Shown here: positions 40,099 through 53,729 of the stretch, piece by piece
Layout: the number at the start of each line of letters is the position of its first letter
How positions within the stretch are numbered: the stretch's first letter is position 1
Assembly (NCBI RefSeq): GCF_964204645.1
Contig: NC_134035.1
Location: 5,580,001-5,644,000, forward strand
Length of the DNA: 64,000 bases
Origin: Tubulanus polymorphus
Lineage: Eukaryota > Animalia > Nemertea
Direction of reading: 5' to 3'
Made by a program: the position numbers and the translations under genes
The notes under the pieces: model-generated
Database searches by the model: none
Told to the model about the DNA's origin: nothing
The model's input: only the letters and a program-made list of their open reading frames with translations

Positions 40099-43000
40099 AA
40101 GGTAAAACACTAGGATCGTATAGCGACGTCGATTAGTGTGGATACAACCACTTCCAGAACTAGGTGAACCTGAATACTGTATTCACCTACAGTCCGAACA
40201 GACCTGGTAAAATTTGTTCTCAAAACCTATTTTTTCAGCAAAACTTTTAATGAAACTATTCAATGTTCTATAATGTATGAATTCTGTAAAACCATGTGAA
40301 TATTTCATACGGATTTCAGGTTCGATCATGTGTGGGATTTGATTTCGTCTTCACAACACGGGCTCAAAATGACCGTTGGTGATATTATGATAATATTTTG
40401 TTTCTGTGATTATGAAGTTTAGTCAAAAACTTCGAAACTGTCATAATCACTGTGGGTTTCGCTCATTAACGGACACAAACTGTTCTCATCGATGATTATT
40501 AAGCAATTACGAATCTATTTCGAATTAACGTCGATGCCTTTCGCTAAACGCGACGCTAGATGTGCTGCCGTTGTCTTCCACACACGGTCGTGTTCGTTTA
40601 CGTGAACGTCTCAAAACCGGAAGAGCATCAGCTGCGAAATATAATGAAATATTATGAAACGGCGGCGACCACGGCAGCTGCGCCGGCGCAGCTTATCTCG
40701 ATCAATTCGATTTGCATTCGAAACCAGCTGTGAATACGGGAATAATAATTGTAGAATGTGAGGCGAATTGAACGAGGATGAATCTCTTGAATATATGCTC
40801 TCAGAAGTTGTCGTCTTGTTTTGAGTGTCGTGTCGTCGGTTCACGGTAAGTTCATATAGATATTGCCCGCCGCCGGAACCCGGTTATTAAGCTGGTGCTC
40901 TGTAGGCTACATATATAATGCGCGATGTAATCAGTACAGACTGAGTTGTATATAGATACACGCTACGCCAACTTCTCGTGTCGGCAGATTCGATTGGAAA
41001 TTTGATTTTGTTTGCCATTTCTCCCTACCATAAAACACAATTCCGTATCCGTTCTACGTGGATTTCTATCGAAAAACAAACATTTCGCGAGCACGGCGCC
41101 GACAGCTACGGGTTGGCAAACTGATTGATTAGGTTTTCGTATATAGCGTTACTCGTCCTATCGTGGGCGATACAAGGAGAACGAACCAAAAGATGCAGTA
41201 AACCAAATACCGGGCGAAAATCAAGTTACATTACGTCGGAGAGCTATGTCTGCACTCTCAGCGGAATGCAGCGGATTATTAGCTCAGAAATACGAATCAC
41301 CTAATAATCATTGGTGAAATGATGATATCGAGGAAACCCACGAGAAAGAAAAACGTCCCAAAGGTTTCAACCAAAAGTTGCAAGAATATTGCATATAACT
41401 CTTCATCAATTTTCTCGAAACTCATTAAAAGAAGTAATGGTTGTCTCGAAGTTCAGTATCGATAATCAAATTTATAATAATAATAATAATATTTTTTTCT
41501 ACGAATTGAATTACAATATAAAGTAGTAGGATTTACAAAATATTGTAAAATAGGACGTTGGATGACAGGTGAAGTTAAAATAAACTTTGAACTATATCAT
41601 CAGGCTCCCGAATCCATACATTACCACAGGATCCATCAAATACACGTAATAATCTTTCATCTCTACTCAATGATTGGTACAGTTCTCGTCGATTATTTAT
41701 TTAAGAGAAAAGTTCGTTTGATTTCAATTGAAATGTAGAAGAAATTGAACGCAGAAGACGGAGTAACTACTATAGCGACACGTGGCGGATACTCGCTTGC
41801 CGCAAGTGGAATCCTCGATTGCCACAGTAGAGTTGGACGTTTCCCCCCCAGCACTAGATTTTATATAAGTTATATTGATCCGCTTGACTCGCCGAGCCAC
41901 AATTTCGTACATAGATAACTTCCGAAAATTACGGGTGCGACAAAGTGCGCCGAATCTGATCGCGCGTTATATTTGCACCGAAATACAAATAACAGAGGTA
42001 TATAGCTGTAACGCGGTTGTGTGGGGTAAATTCACGATAGAAATTGCATGCCGTTCGCAATTTACATGCGGAATCTATCATTTCCACGTCAATTACTGAC
42101 AATTTGTTCTTATCAACGAGCACTTCTGCCGATAAATTGGCCGGCAATACACAATACCACGAGCAGTATACGAGCAGTATTAATACCTGGCCCATATTCC
42201 GCGCGCTCTCTAGCCGGCCGCCTACTTCATTAGTTCCAGCGCTACGCGTCGATGCGCTTCTAAATCAGATTTTAATTCGGCAAATACTTTATATCTCGAA
42301 ATGTCATATATTCATTAGACGTGTGGCGACGTATCTTTGTTCCGTGTATTCACCGCAGGTTTCTGCGCGACCGTGACGGATTCCTGTTTTCGTTTTTAGT
42401 CGACTGGCGGCGGTTGTCGGAACTGGTAATTATCGAACGCATTTGGATATTGCGCGTTTCGCAGCGTCACCGCGTCACGGGCGGATTTATGAGGTGATTT
42501 CCCGGTCCGGATGCCCGCTATCCCATTGAGGTTGCCCTGTTTGTCAGGAAAGATAGATTGTTAACCCCCTGTTTCGCTCTCGGCAGGTGTGGTGGGTCTG
42601 TAAGGGACGCTCAATCAAAAAATCAAACGAAATTTACCAACCAAATAGATAACAGGGACAAATCTTATTCTCAGATCAAAAACCCGTGAATTTGCAAGTT
42701 CTCGGAAATTGCATCGTTTCGGATGTATTTGTTCAAACATATCTAACACCGAGGTTTGGACTCGCTAATGAGAGCCTTTGAGATGGTCGCCTAATCCGAC
42801 ATATACCTTTTCTATTCTTCTGGCCTTCCAATTTCCTTACATCCCCTGCGCATGGATACATCTGCGTTATTCACAATAATGTTTATCACGGATTATGAGC
42901 CCACTTAAAAAAAAACCTTAAAAAGCCATTTGGACAGCAAAATACATATAATCATTATAAAGTATATCATCATAAAAATGACACTTTGAGGGAGCTTTAA

Positions 43001-43569
43001 GTTGACTGCGGAACGGCTCCGCGCTCTGATTTATCTGAGTCATCGCGATTCAAATAAAGCCCGAGTTGAATAGCGCGTATATAGTTCTGCAAATTACAGC
43101 TCAGACAATGCGCCCGAATAAATACTAATATGAAAACGTAAAATTTCGCGTTGATTAATAATAATTGGCGGGCCGTGTTTAAACCATCCCTGCATGCAGA
43201 CGACACCGACGTTCGTTTATAACGCGCCGTGTGAAATTCAATCATATTTTCATGTCGTGATTCGGGCTGAACTCCTGATAAGGCTTGACGCCGACTCGCG
43301 CGCGCGCGTTGAACACCATATCGTGTTTCGGTTTATTACGGTTTTATTATCAGCTACATTTAATAAAATCTATACAAGTCTATATTGCAGTGTCTGTACA
43401 TTTCCGAAGGTTACGTGCTTCGTATATTTAGAAGGAATCCAGAGAAATGGTAGCCAACAACCGTTGCCGCCGAAGTCACTTCGAATAAACCATCGATCAA
43501 AACGCTCTAAGTCCCGTGTTGTTATAAGGTTATATATAACACCCCCCCCCCCCCCACCCCAACGTACAC

Positions 43570-43868
43570 CAGGCCCGCTCCGAGCTTTTCAGAGGGGCAG
43601 TTCTTTCTCCAGAAAAGGGACATTTTTTCATCGTAAAAAGGGGTACTGTCCTATTGAAAAAAGGACAGATTTTGAATATGAAGTGCCCGGGTACCTGAAT
43701 GAATAATTTGAGAATGGATTACTTTTTATTTTCCAAAAAGAAAACATCGAAATCGTATCCAAATTTCGAAAATGCTTGACCGAAATCGTTTGACACCGAC
43801 TGTATGAAGGGCACTGCAAAGTTTAGGGGGTTCGTTCGCTACACCCGAACCCCCACGACACGGGCCTG
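43570..43868. mobile_element. hAT-like MITE (CAGGCCCG...CGGGCCTG); second copy begins ~63895
   Basis: Short CAGG TIRs; subterminal gggggttcg..cgaacccc hairpin shared with 63895-64000. Confidence 0.5.
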
Positions 43869-46259
43869 CACACGGTAGAGGACATTAATCCACGTAAAAA
43901 ACGTTTTCGATGAGTTTTGTTTTCTGTTTTTTGATGAAACACAATGCCGTGTTTGTTGGGCTTAGGAATAAAAACAGTCCGAAATATTTTATTGAGCTAG
44001 TAGTTTATTCGACTTTTCGAATATTTTCAAATGGTCGTCTTTAGGAATACTAATGAAATGTGTAAGTTACCAGTCCAGAACGAGGGACTAAATGATACAA
44101 ACTAGGACTATACAATATACGGTGCTTAATTATGACGTGTATAGCCTCCTCTATAAAAGAGATAATGAATGTTGTTTCACGCGGATTTGTACGGGCAGGC
44201 AGCAGAGTTTGTTGTTTTTGTTTTTTTTTTCTTCTTCCGGATTTGTCATTCGTTTCTGGAATAACAAATCGATCGATCGATGGTAAAAAGCCATCCGAGC
44301 CGCAGCGCCGAGTGCCGAAACGCGTCACTCGTATTCCAATTACGACGAGAAAACTTCGACGCGAACAGCCATAAATCCAGTCGTAATATTCAACCATCGC
44401 CTGATAACCATAAACCATCATTGACGTATCAGCGAAATGCCAATGACACAGAAATTCAACAAATACGGATGAATAAATGAACGTACATTTCCTTTCGTTA
44501 TAGTTTTACCGATATAATCGGGGCGCGTACCATGTCAGTATTTTCGTGTTTGGGGGGTTAGGACAAATATTCACGTAAATTTTGTAGAAATTGGTTAAGT
44601 AATGTAGGAGCCATATGACTTGCAGTGATTTTTAGAGTTTTAACTGCTAGGCAAGGGAAAATGAAAATAGCAGGGTTTTAAGCAGCAGAAAATCCTGAAA
44701 AATGTAATATTATTGTATATCCTTGCATATTTTTGAATGGACCCGTTCAAGTAAAGAAGACATTAAACCTCACAGTCTAACTATCGTGCAATGGCCAATC
44801 CAAGAGTTTTAACTATCTCGGACAAAAACAGAATGATCAACACTTCCGATTTCAGAATCAAACCCCCTGTTTCGCTCCCGACAGGTATGCGGTGGGTTTG
44901 TAAGGGACACTAAATCAAAGAAAAAAATCCAACGAAATCTACCAATCAAATAAATAATAGGGCCAATCCCTATCTTAAAAACCAGGACCCAGTTCCGCAG
45001 GTCTGAGTTAAGATATGACTCGGAGTTAACTTATTGAAAATGAACAGGATCCGGTTCCACAGTTCTGAGTTAAATTCGACACTAGAGTAAAAACATTGGA
45101 AATGAACTGATTTTAACTCAAGAGTTATCTCTAACTCGATGGAACCGAGCCCTGATTTCAACTCGCGAGTTAACTCTAACTCGGTGAAACCGAGCCCTGA
45201 ATTTCAACTCGCGAGTTAACTCTAACTCACAACACTGTGGAACTGGATACTGACGTCCTAACGTATTTAGCCGAACCTTAACCCTCAAATTCCCGCTCAT
45301 ATACTCGCAGTCCAATTCGGACCAATATATCCGATCTTTGACTCTATAGATATTTTCGCGCCTCGACCCGGAGGCCCGATTTAGCCGCAGTTAGTCCGAT
45401 CGAGTAGGGCGGGGTTTACTACGCTGGTATATGATCGACTTAAACGAAGATCACTTCGCTAAGGATACGTATAACTCAGTAGATACAGTAGCTGATTAAG
45501 AGATTATATTTCGTACAGCGACTCGGGATAAGATCCAATACCGAGAGAGAGAGTCCCGCGAGAGAATCATTACGACGGAGCAGTGTTGTCAATGTGGGCT
45601 GCATTGATTCGTGCGGAGTATAATGAGATTCGAAATTCCCTACAGGACGATGAAGTATAACTTCACCTTAGCATCGCCGCGTGTCCGCCGGGGAAGATGT
45701 TTCACAATGCCGGCATATCTATAGTCGCTATCGGAATATTTGACTATATAAATTAGGCCGCAGATCGACAATAGCAATTCCCGTCAGGTTTCATTGTATC
45801 GGATTTTTCATCGACCGTATTTTACGGGAAAAGAGGCTTGCTTACAGAAATTGTAATTGGATGTTTATGAATGAAATGCGAAGATGATCATTGACGACGT
45901 AATGATATATACAGCATAGATTTTGAAACGATACGAAAACCAATTATATATCCGAAGTATCCTTCAGCCCGGGGTGGCGCGCGCGCCGAGAAAACAAGAA
46001 ACATATGTTTTGTTAATGCGTTTCGATGTTTCGTTCTCCCGCTATATGGTACACGGCGAAACGAGAATCATTTAAAAAAAATTATACTTAAACCCATTAC
46101 ATTATTAGAGGGACAACAATAGATTTATAGATTTGATAACACGGTAGAAAAAATTACGAATTCAATAACACGATATCAACAAACAGAATTAACAAGAGCA
46201 ACTAATTAGGGCTATCTACATACACAGAAATACGTTCAAATGAAACACTACATAAAATA

Positions 46260-46975
46260 CTAATGGGAGCAATTATTCGGTAGAGAAATGCAAAGTTTTT
46301 TTTAGAAAATACTGTAAGTTCTTTAGGTGATTGAGTAGTACTTTTATTGAGGATATTTTCAAAATTACGATCATTCGGGACTAATACGAGGGACGGGCAG
46401 TGGATATTATAATGTGACTCATTAAGTAGCTCTTCTTAGGACACTTGTTATCATCGATATTTGCAGCAAGGTTGGAAATACGACTTCTAGCGGCAGTATA
46501 GCATTGCGATTGGATGTTCTAAGTTTACACTTGGAGTAATCATTTGACATGTAATAATTACTCAAAGGTTTCGAAAAGTTAATGGCAAGACCAAACTGTA
46601 AATCGAAATGCTTTTTGTAATATGCGTTTAAATAGTTTACACGCAACACCTAGGGTCACTTTGAATTTGATCGTTGAAATAGTTAGCACAGCATTGGCGA
46701 TAATGGCTTTTCGCTTATGAGTTAATAAACCATTTTGAAATACCTAAACAACGAAGATAGCCTAACAACTCGCAGTCTGGTAAAATAGATTTCAATTTAA
46801 CATACCGACACGAATTTACATAACCCTTGACCGTAAATTCCGAGATGATTCCAAACAAAATAACATTCCATTCATTTTTACCTGGATCGTTCTTTAGTTT
46901 ACACCGGTAAGATCATATCCTATCAAGAATAACACAGCGAATAGGCAATTCCCCCATTCACCTAGAACCGTTATA
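46260..46975 (-). mobile_element. Decayed LINE fragment
   Basis: Minus-strand residues KLRTSN..LPLEV and LGEWG resemble the same ORF2 C-terminal region; many disablements. Confidence 0.45.
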
Positions 46976-49894
46976 GTTGGAGTGTTACGATGATATTTAT
47001 AAGGATGAACTCTCTGCGTAGAGTCTATCGTATCATATCGAGTAAAAGGCCCAAATATTAGGAACGATTTAGATTATTCAATTAAGACGGCTTCTCCTCT
47101 CTCTCTCAAGAGCAAACTCAAATTTTCCTGTTATTAAAGTGTATTTCCCGTGGTATTCAAGTTCCAACAGCTTGAAGGTGACCGTTAACTTTGCATGCAC
47201 TTGCTTTTTCAAAACAAACCTACAGTGCCACCTAGCGATGAAAAGAAGGTAATTGAATAACGAAAAATGGCGGTGATTTTGATTAGTCGTGATCGGCTCG
47301 TTTTCACTGATTGGTTATTCCGTCATTTCGTTGTTCCTGATTGCTACGCTGATATCGTAAGCAGCGAAACGATGTTTCTTGCATCCTCCCTCGGCAGGGA
47401 TTCGAACCCGATGGCATCGCTATCTCAGCCACGGTTCGAATCACTGCCGGGGAGGATGTTTTTCTTGTTTAGGAGCGCAAAGCCTATATTCAGTGACGAA
47501 ACAAGCGATAAACCATCGATGTTTTTTGGTTGCTTTCTTGACACGTACCCAAACATGACACCGTACGATATGTCATTAACAGGACAGCGTAGACGAGCAG
47601 TTCGTATCGCAGCAGCTTTTATTTTGTTTTGTTTCCAAAACAACGAATTAACAAAAGCGCTTTATAGTTTCTTTCCGCGCTTGCCCGCATTAATCCACGC
47701 AGGCTAATGAGTAATTGGGTTTTGTTATCACGAAATCGATTATAAATTACACTGTAAATAGTTCGCGTTTGATAATAACGTCTGCGAGCTTTCATAAGCG
47801 TTAATCGGATAACGAAGATGGAAACTGGATTTCTAATGTCACCACAGTTCCTCGCCGCAGTTCCCATACAGCGATATAGAATGGCTATAGAACTAAGTTG
47901 GTTTCTGAGACTGGTCTTAAATCTAAGCCTGCAACTGGCCACGGCGTATTAAACTATACGAACAGTTGAATTTATGAAGCTAGATTTTAATCTCATTAGT
48001 TTCTCGTCCAATTCTCAGTTGTAGCGCAAAACTCGTCGTACAACTAGATTCGGGAAATAATCATCGCACAGTACGGCTTCTGCGCGGCCGCCAAACAATT
48101 TCGAGATAAAAATTACCCTATTAACTTGTAGTCGATTATATTTCGATCGTATCGAAGCCGCCGCCATTTTGTAATTGACGACGACAGTTGAAAAGGAATA
48201 ACGCTGTATATACAGACAATGACGATGACTGTCGAAAAAGAATAACATATAAATAATCATTGCGTTCTGGACGTTTGAAGTTTTAAGTTTAAGTTTTTTT
48301 TTCTATTCATCAAAACCAAGTTATAAGTGATCGTCAATGACGTGAATCGCTTTATCAGCTCCGATGAGTCTCAGGAATGCCACCTCCACAGCCACCATTT
48401 TGAAGCGTTTTTCATCGACGAGCTTTTAACTTAGATGACTATCACAAACTCCTACACGCCGAGAAAAAAAACCCTAATCAAATTAAGGTTTTCAATCATC
48501 TTATTGCGCCGTTTGAAGAAAATCGACAGAACGTTTAGAAAAAGGTAGCAACATCTCCGTGACTCGAGCGCTGTATTATTATACAGCGGGGTTGGGACGC
48601 CAATAACTGATATTCGAACGGGGAATCGAATAGGACACTACCGGTGTATTGAGACATGCTGATTGAATCAAATATGTACTAGGGAAATATGATTACAGTT
48701 TTATGGAGAAAGTGACTTCATAAATCCGGCGTACGAATGATATAGAATAGAATAGAATAACTTTAAAGGCCGAATTGATCGGTTTATATACATCGGCAAG
48801 AATTGAGACGCTCCATACTCTCTATAAACATATACGCGCGGTGTGTTCGGATAATCATATAGTTATCGGAGCGTGCGTTCGGTGCAGCGGAATATGATCG
48901 ATGGCAAAGTGTGTTTTTCAATCTTCTAATCTGTACGTTAGCCGTACGATTTTACGAGCTTTTTCTGCCGATGTCGTAATTATCGGAGAATTAATCACGG
49001 CAACTTCACGTGGGTCAAAGTGTTACCGTGCAGTTTGATGAATCGGTTTTAATCCGTCGTCTGGCAATTGCCGTCCTATACTACTCCACAGCATGCTTAC
49101 AGCTCTAGTTTTATACAAATATAGTTGAAATCGTGATAAAGGTATGAAAATGGTCGCGGCAAAAAATGACCTGGACTCACGATTACCAGGGCTGCAACTC
49201 TAGCGATCAGGGATAGCTGTTATTGGTCACCTGATTGGTCACGACCGCAAAAGGTCAAATGACTGACCGGACAAACTTTTAAACTTCGTCAATTACTTCT
49301 GGTCTATGGTCCAGTGGTTAGCATACTCGGCTGGCATGTCGGGGGTGTCGGGTTACGGGTTACCCAGGGTTAGACCAGAGGCTGATCTGCAGTTAGGGCT
49401 ATGGGCGATCTAGGGTTAGGGAAGTGTGGCTCACTTGGTACCAGTTGCCGAAAATTTGGTTAAAGATCGGCGGATGAATACCATATACATTTAATTGTCA
49501 CTATGTCAACTATCCATCGGTTAACTCTAACCATAACCAACTTTTGAGCAACCGGCCCGGATGATTAAGGTCATGGTCGAGCTTTGGTTGTGAATTTTTT
49601 TCTGACTCGGATGAGCAGTGCGATTTCGATAGTCAGCTTTTCAATCGATTCATCATTTAGCGATCGGGACGTTCAAAAAAGATGTCTGGCCAAAAATTGT
49701 GATTTGTGCCTCTCACGCCGTCTAGAATCACATTCTACGGACTGATTTACCGAATGTCGCTATCGACAGAAACTCGAATGAATCAATTGGAATTTCATCA
49801 ATGATTTAGAGTCGAAATAGGTTTTAGATAAGAATGGATGATAGTATACGCGCGCCGTTAGAGCAAGTCGGATGATAATATCAGCGATTCGCGC

Positions 49895-49929
<35 letters not shown>

Positions 49930-52331
49930 GCAATTCAGAAGTAAAACGCCGGGACTTCATTTGTAGGTAATCCACGAATACGCGGTGAATAGGGATCTGA
50001 ATAGCGATCCTATTCATTAGCAAATACACGGGTCCCTCGCATTAATAATCTTCTCATTACGAATACATCCGCAGTAAACGATAGAACGATAGGGCTGCGC
50101 CTGCACGCTGCTGTTGTCTGATGGAGGTTGTTCGACAACACTGTTACGTAAATGTGGATCGTAACCAGAACTTCTCCTTCCGAGTAAACAGTAAACCTCT
50201 TTCGCGTTAAGCTCTATAACTTGTTCAGCGGGACTAAGTACAGCCGAAAAGCCGAACGCCACCTGGGCGAACTTCGGTTTTCGTAGACCGTCGACTAGGG
50301 GTCGGGGCTAATAACCGTGAACGCGCTATAGTTCGGTCATAACGCATTTCACAATGTCGGAAATTTTGGAAATAAATAGGTCCGAACAATAGCGACCGTG
50401 CCTATCCCGACCATTTCTCGACCATAGTTTCGACTATAATTGACGGATTTCGTGACGATAATTACGTTGACAACTTAGATGTACTAGATTGAAATGGATA
50501 CACAAATTGGGACGCAAAAATAGGCCACGATCACCGTGGAGACGATTTGGCCCGGACGAAATTGGTACTAGTTAAATTTGGCCCGCGCCTAATTACAGAG
50601 TGCGCTCAAACGGAAACCACTCACTCGATACTAAACAATGCTAAAACAAAGCGAAGTGGGTCCCAGAACCAATGCAACCTAAACGAAACCATTTGGCCCG
50701 TGCTTGAATTTGGCTCGGGCCTGGTCCGACGTTTTCGCAAATTTGGCCCAAACAAATCGTCTCTGTGTGATAGCGGCGATGGAGACGACTTCTAACCGAC
50801 TGTACGTGCGTATAGAATATACGTGTATGACCCTCGGCTAGAGAAAATCCAAGAAACTCAACGAGCATGTCGATCGTCTTCCCGGGAGTTATTAATTTAC
50901 TTTCCTTTTATAATACGGGATAATTTCTACGAGCATACATCATCTTAATGCATATAATAAACATGCCGCATCTGGAGGCTCGAATGAATACATCCATTAT
51001 CCCGATGCTGGATCTCGCAAATAAGCTGTCACCTTAAATGACTATCGTAAATTCAACACATATAAATAAGAACAGTATTCGAGGGATGCCCGCACAGAGA
51101 AACCCCATTTCAAAAACCCATTTCGATTTTGTTTAGATCGAACCCGAGCCAACCGTATGAAAAGAATCCGTGCCCGTTTGACACAGGCCAAATTTGGCCC
51201 GAGACCAAATCGTCAGATGCGACCCGTGTCAAAGTAATCGTTGCAATAATAAGTTAGTGATTTATTTACGTATGAACACGCTCTCTAATAGCGAACCTAC
51301 GACCTCCTCTGCCAACCGAGGATTCCACTCATGGCAAGTGAGGATCCACCAGGTTCGCTAGTAGATAGTTGGTCGTCCGCAACCGATAACTTCTACATTT
51401 CAATTAAAACTTATGGACTTTTTCTTAAACAAATTAATTATCCATGAAAACTTTACCAATATCCGAGTAGAAAAATGGAAGCATTGTATATTTAGTGGGT
51501 TCTGTGATAATATATGGATTCGTGAGTCTAAAAATCCAGTTCATAGTTCATCAAGAAAATTAACTTATTTTGACAACGCAAGACTGAGTGCTCACCACGC
51601 CATCTGGTGGGATAGCTGGTGTCGCGGTCCCCTATTAAGATCGGGCCGAAACCGACTCGGGTCTGGTCTCGACCAGTTTGACAGGGTCCAAATCGTCTCC
51701 GTGTGATCGTGGCTATAGTTTTGATCCGATGTTTTTGCTAAAAACTGCATTCGGTATACTGATCGAGATAAATATATACGACATGCAACGGCGCTGACGA
51801 CGCTCTCTTTGCGGCGAAATATCACGTCATGACGCAACACTCATCATAAACGAGCGTAAATTAATCAGAACACATCGATGGCGGCGGCAGTTTTTGCGAC
51901 GACAGCAGCAGCGTGTGTTCCCGGACGCATGTAGGGCGGCCGTATGACGTCAATTCGTAATATCCGGCCGCGCATCCGATTAGGGGGTTCTTTGTTATCC
52001 GAAAAACACCTGTCGCGACTAGATTCATTACTCGCAGGCCTGCAACCCCGCGCAAGAGGGTCGGATTTTGACGACGAAATCCGTGCATTTTGGTCGAAAC
52101 GAGGTTCTAAACGTTCACAGTTTGTACGCGGAGTCAGTGCTGAAAGGGGCCAAGCGAGATTTCCATTTCCATCGGAAAATTTGGAAAGGACGGTTGTGAC
52201 TGGGGAGAGACGGCCGCGTCGCGACATGTGCGCAACGTGTGGTGCGACTTGACTGGTGTCTCTGGTAGTCGCAGTGTATCGCTTCGCAGTCAGTTGCAAG
52301 CCACCACAAGCCGTCACCCACATTCTCTATC

Positions 52332-52545
52332 GAGAATCCTACAATAGTAAGGAAACGATTTTAAGTCCGAAAATGTTTCCTTGAGCTAGTGTAGTTCACT
52401 CGACGTTTTGACTATATTCTAACAGTCATCTTTATTTCTGAAGATGACTATTAGAGTATAGTCGAAGAAGCCGAATAAACTACTAGCTCAAGGAGCGATT
52501 AAATTTCGGACTTAATATTTGTTTTCGTTATCATTGTGGTACTCT
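52332..52545. mobile_element. Inverted pair of Penelope-like terminal fragments, each with a decayed hammerhead
   Basis: Palindromic arrangement: minus-strand TAAAGA-TGACTGT..ATAGTC-AAAA-CGTC and plus-strand CTGAAGA-TGACTAT..ATAGTC-GAAG.., both running into ..tagctcaagg..ttcggactta. Confidence 0.55.
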
Positions 52546-52555
52546 ATCGTCGGTA

Positions 52556-53729
52556 AGTAATAGGGTATATGTCTTTTCATACCGGAGGTCGAGAGGTCGA
52601 GCTCATTTTCACTCACTCGCCCCCTCAACCTCTGATATGAAAAGACATATACCCTATTACTCTAATAATATTCATATAAAAATGAACGTTATTTATATGA
52701 ATATCATATATATGAAAATCAATTTTGATAGAAAATATGTAAAATAAATTGTAGAATTAAAAAGTAACGAGTAATTAACAAGTTGAAGAAAATATAAATT
52801 TTAATTAAAAAATGACTAATAAATGAAAGAACAGATACTACTTTTTCTTATTTTGAATATTTTAGTTTTATATGTTTGAGATGAAATATATTTATTTAGA
52901 ATTGAATTATTCTATTTGAGTTATGATATTTTGATTTAAGATGATGTGATTTATTGCTTCGAGTATAATGTTTTCCACAATTACATAACGCTTTTTAGGT
53001 TCATATTTCTTTTTACGTGTAACAATTTTATTTTCTAAATTACATTGATTTCCCACATCTTTGAATGATTTTTCATTTGGAATGTCAGGGTTAAATCATT
53101 TTTTTTGTAATCTGAAAAATGATATATAACATTCTCTGAAAGGACAATAACGTAGGTGTAAAAATAATGATTTATGTGAATTTTCATTATAGAAAAGTGA
53201 TTGTATTTCATCTGTAATTCTTAAATGTTTATCTATTTCATTAAATGTTGTGAATTTTGGAATTATTGTATTGAATGAGATGTTTTCTTTTTCATTCGAT
53301 AACTCTATCATTAGATAATAATTTCTAAACTTTAATTCAGTAATATTATTCACTTGAAAACGAAAACGTGCAGTTTTACTCAAATCTTTAATAGGAATTA
53401 AATTTTCAATTGTAAAATATTTTTCTGATACATGTAAATCAGTATCTTTGAAATGAGGTATCTGTTCATTCATATTTATTAGTCATTTTTTAATCAAAAT
53501 TTATATGTTCTTCAAATCGTTACTTTTTAATTCTACCATTTATTCTACATTTTTTTAATTAAAATTGATTTTCATATATATGATATTCATATAAATAATG
53601 TTCATTTATATGAATATCATTAGAGTAATCGGGTAGATGTCTTTTCATATCAGAGGTTGAGGGGGCGAGTGAATGAAAATGAGCTCGACCTCTCGACCTC
53701 TGGTATGAAAAGACATATACCCTATTACT
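52556..53729. mobile_element. Miniature non-autonomous Polinton/Maverick-like element
   Basis: ~280-bp imperfect TIRs, termini 5'-AGT...ACT-3', 6-bp direct repeat TCGGTA on both sides (52550-52555, 53730-53735), very AT-rich interior. AG...CT termini, long TIRs and 6-bp TSDs are established Polinton hallmarks. Confidence 0.75.
52896..53473 (-). pseudogene. Disrupted virus-like ORF with C-terminal CxC...H...H zinc finger, inside the Polinton-like element
   Basis: 125-aa ORF, in-frame TGA at 53096-53098, open continuation (FNPDIPNEKSFKDVGNQCNLENKIVTRKKKYEPKK), then a 1-nt frameshift in an A-run into ALCNCGKHYTRSNKSHHLKSKYHNSNRIIQF*. Confidence 0.6.

Noticed and set aside
49300-49425. tRNA gene or telomeric repeat
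   Set aside because: Only an A-box-like head and scattered GGGTTA units; no cloverleaf and no true array; likely a decayed SINE or repeat.
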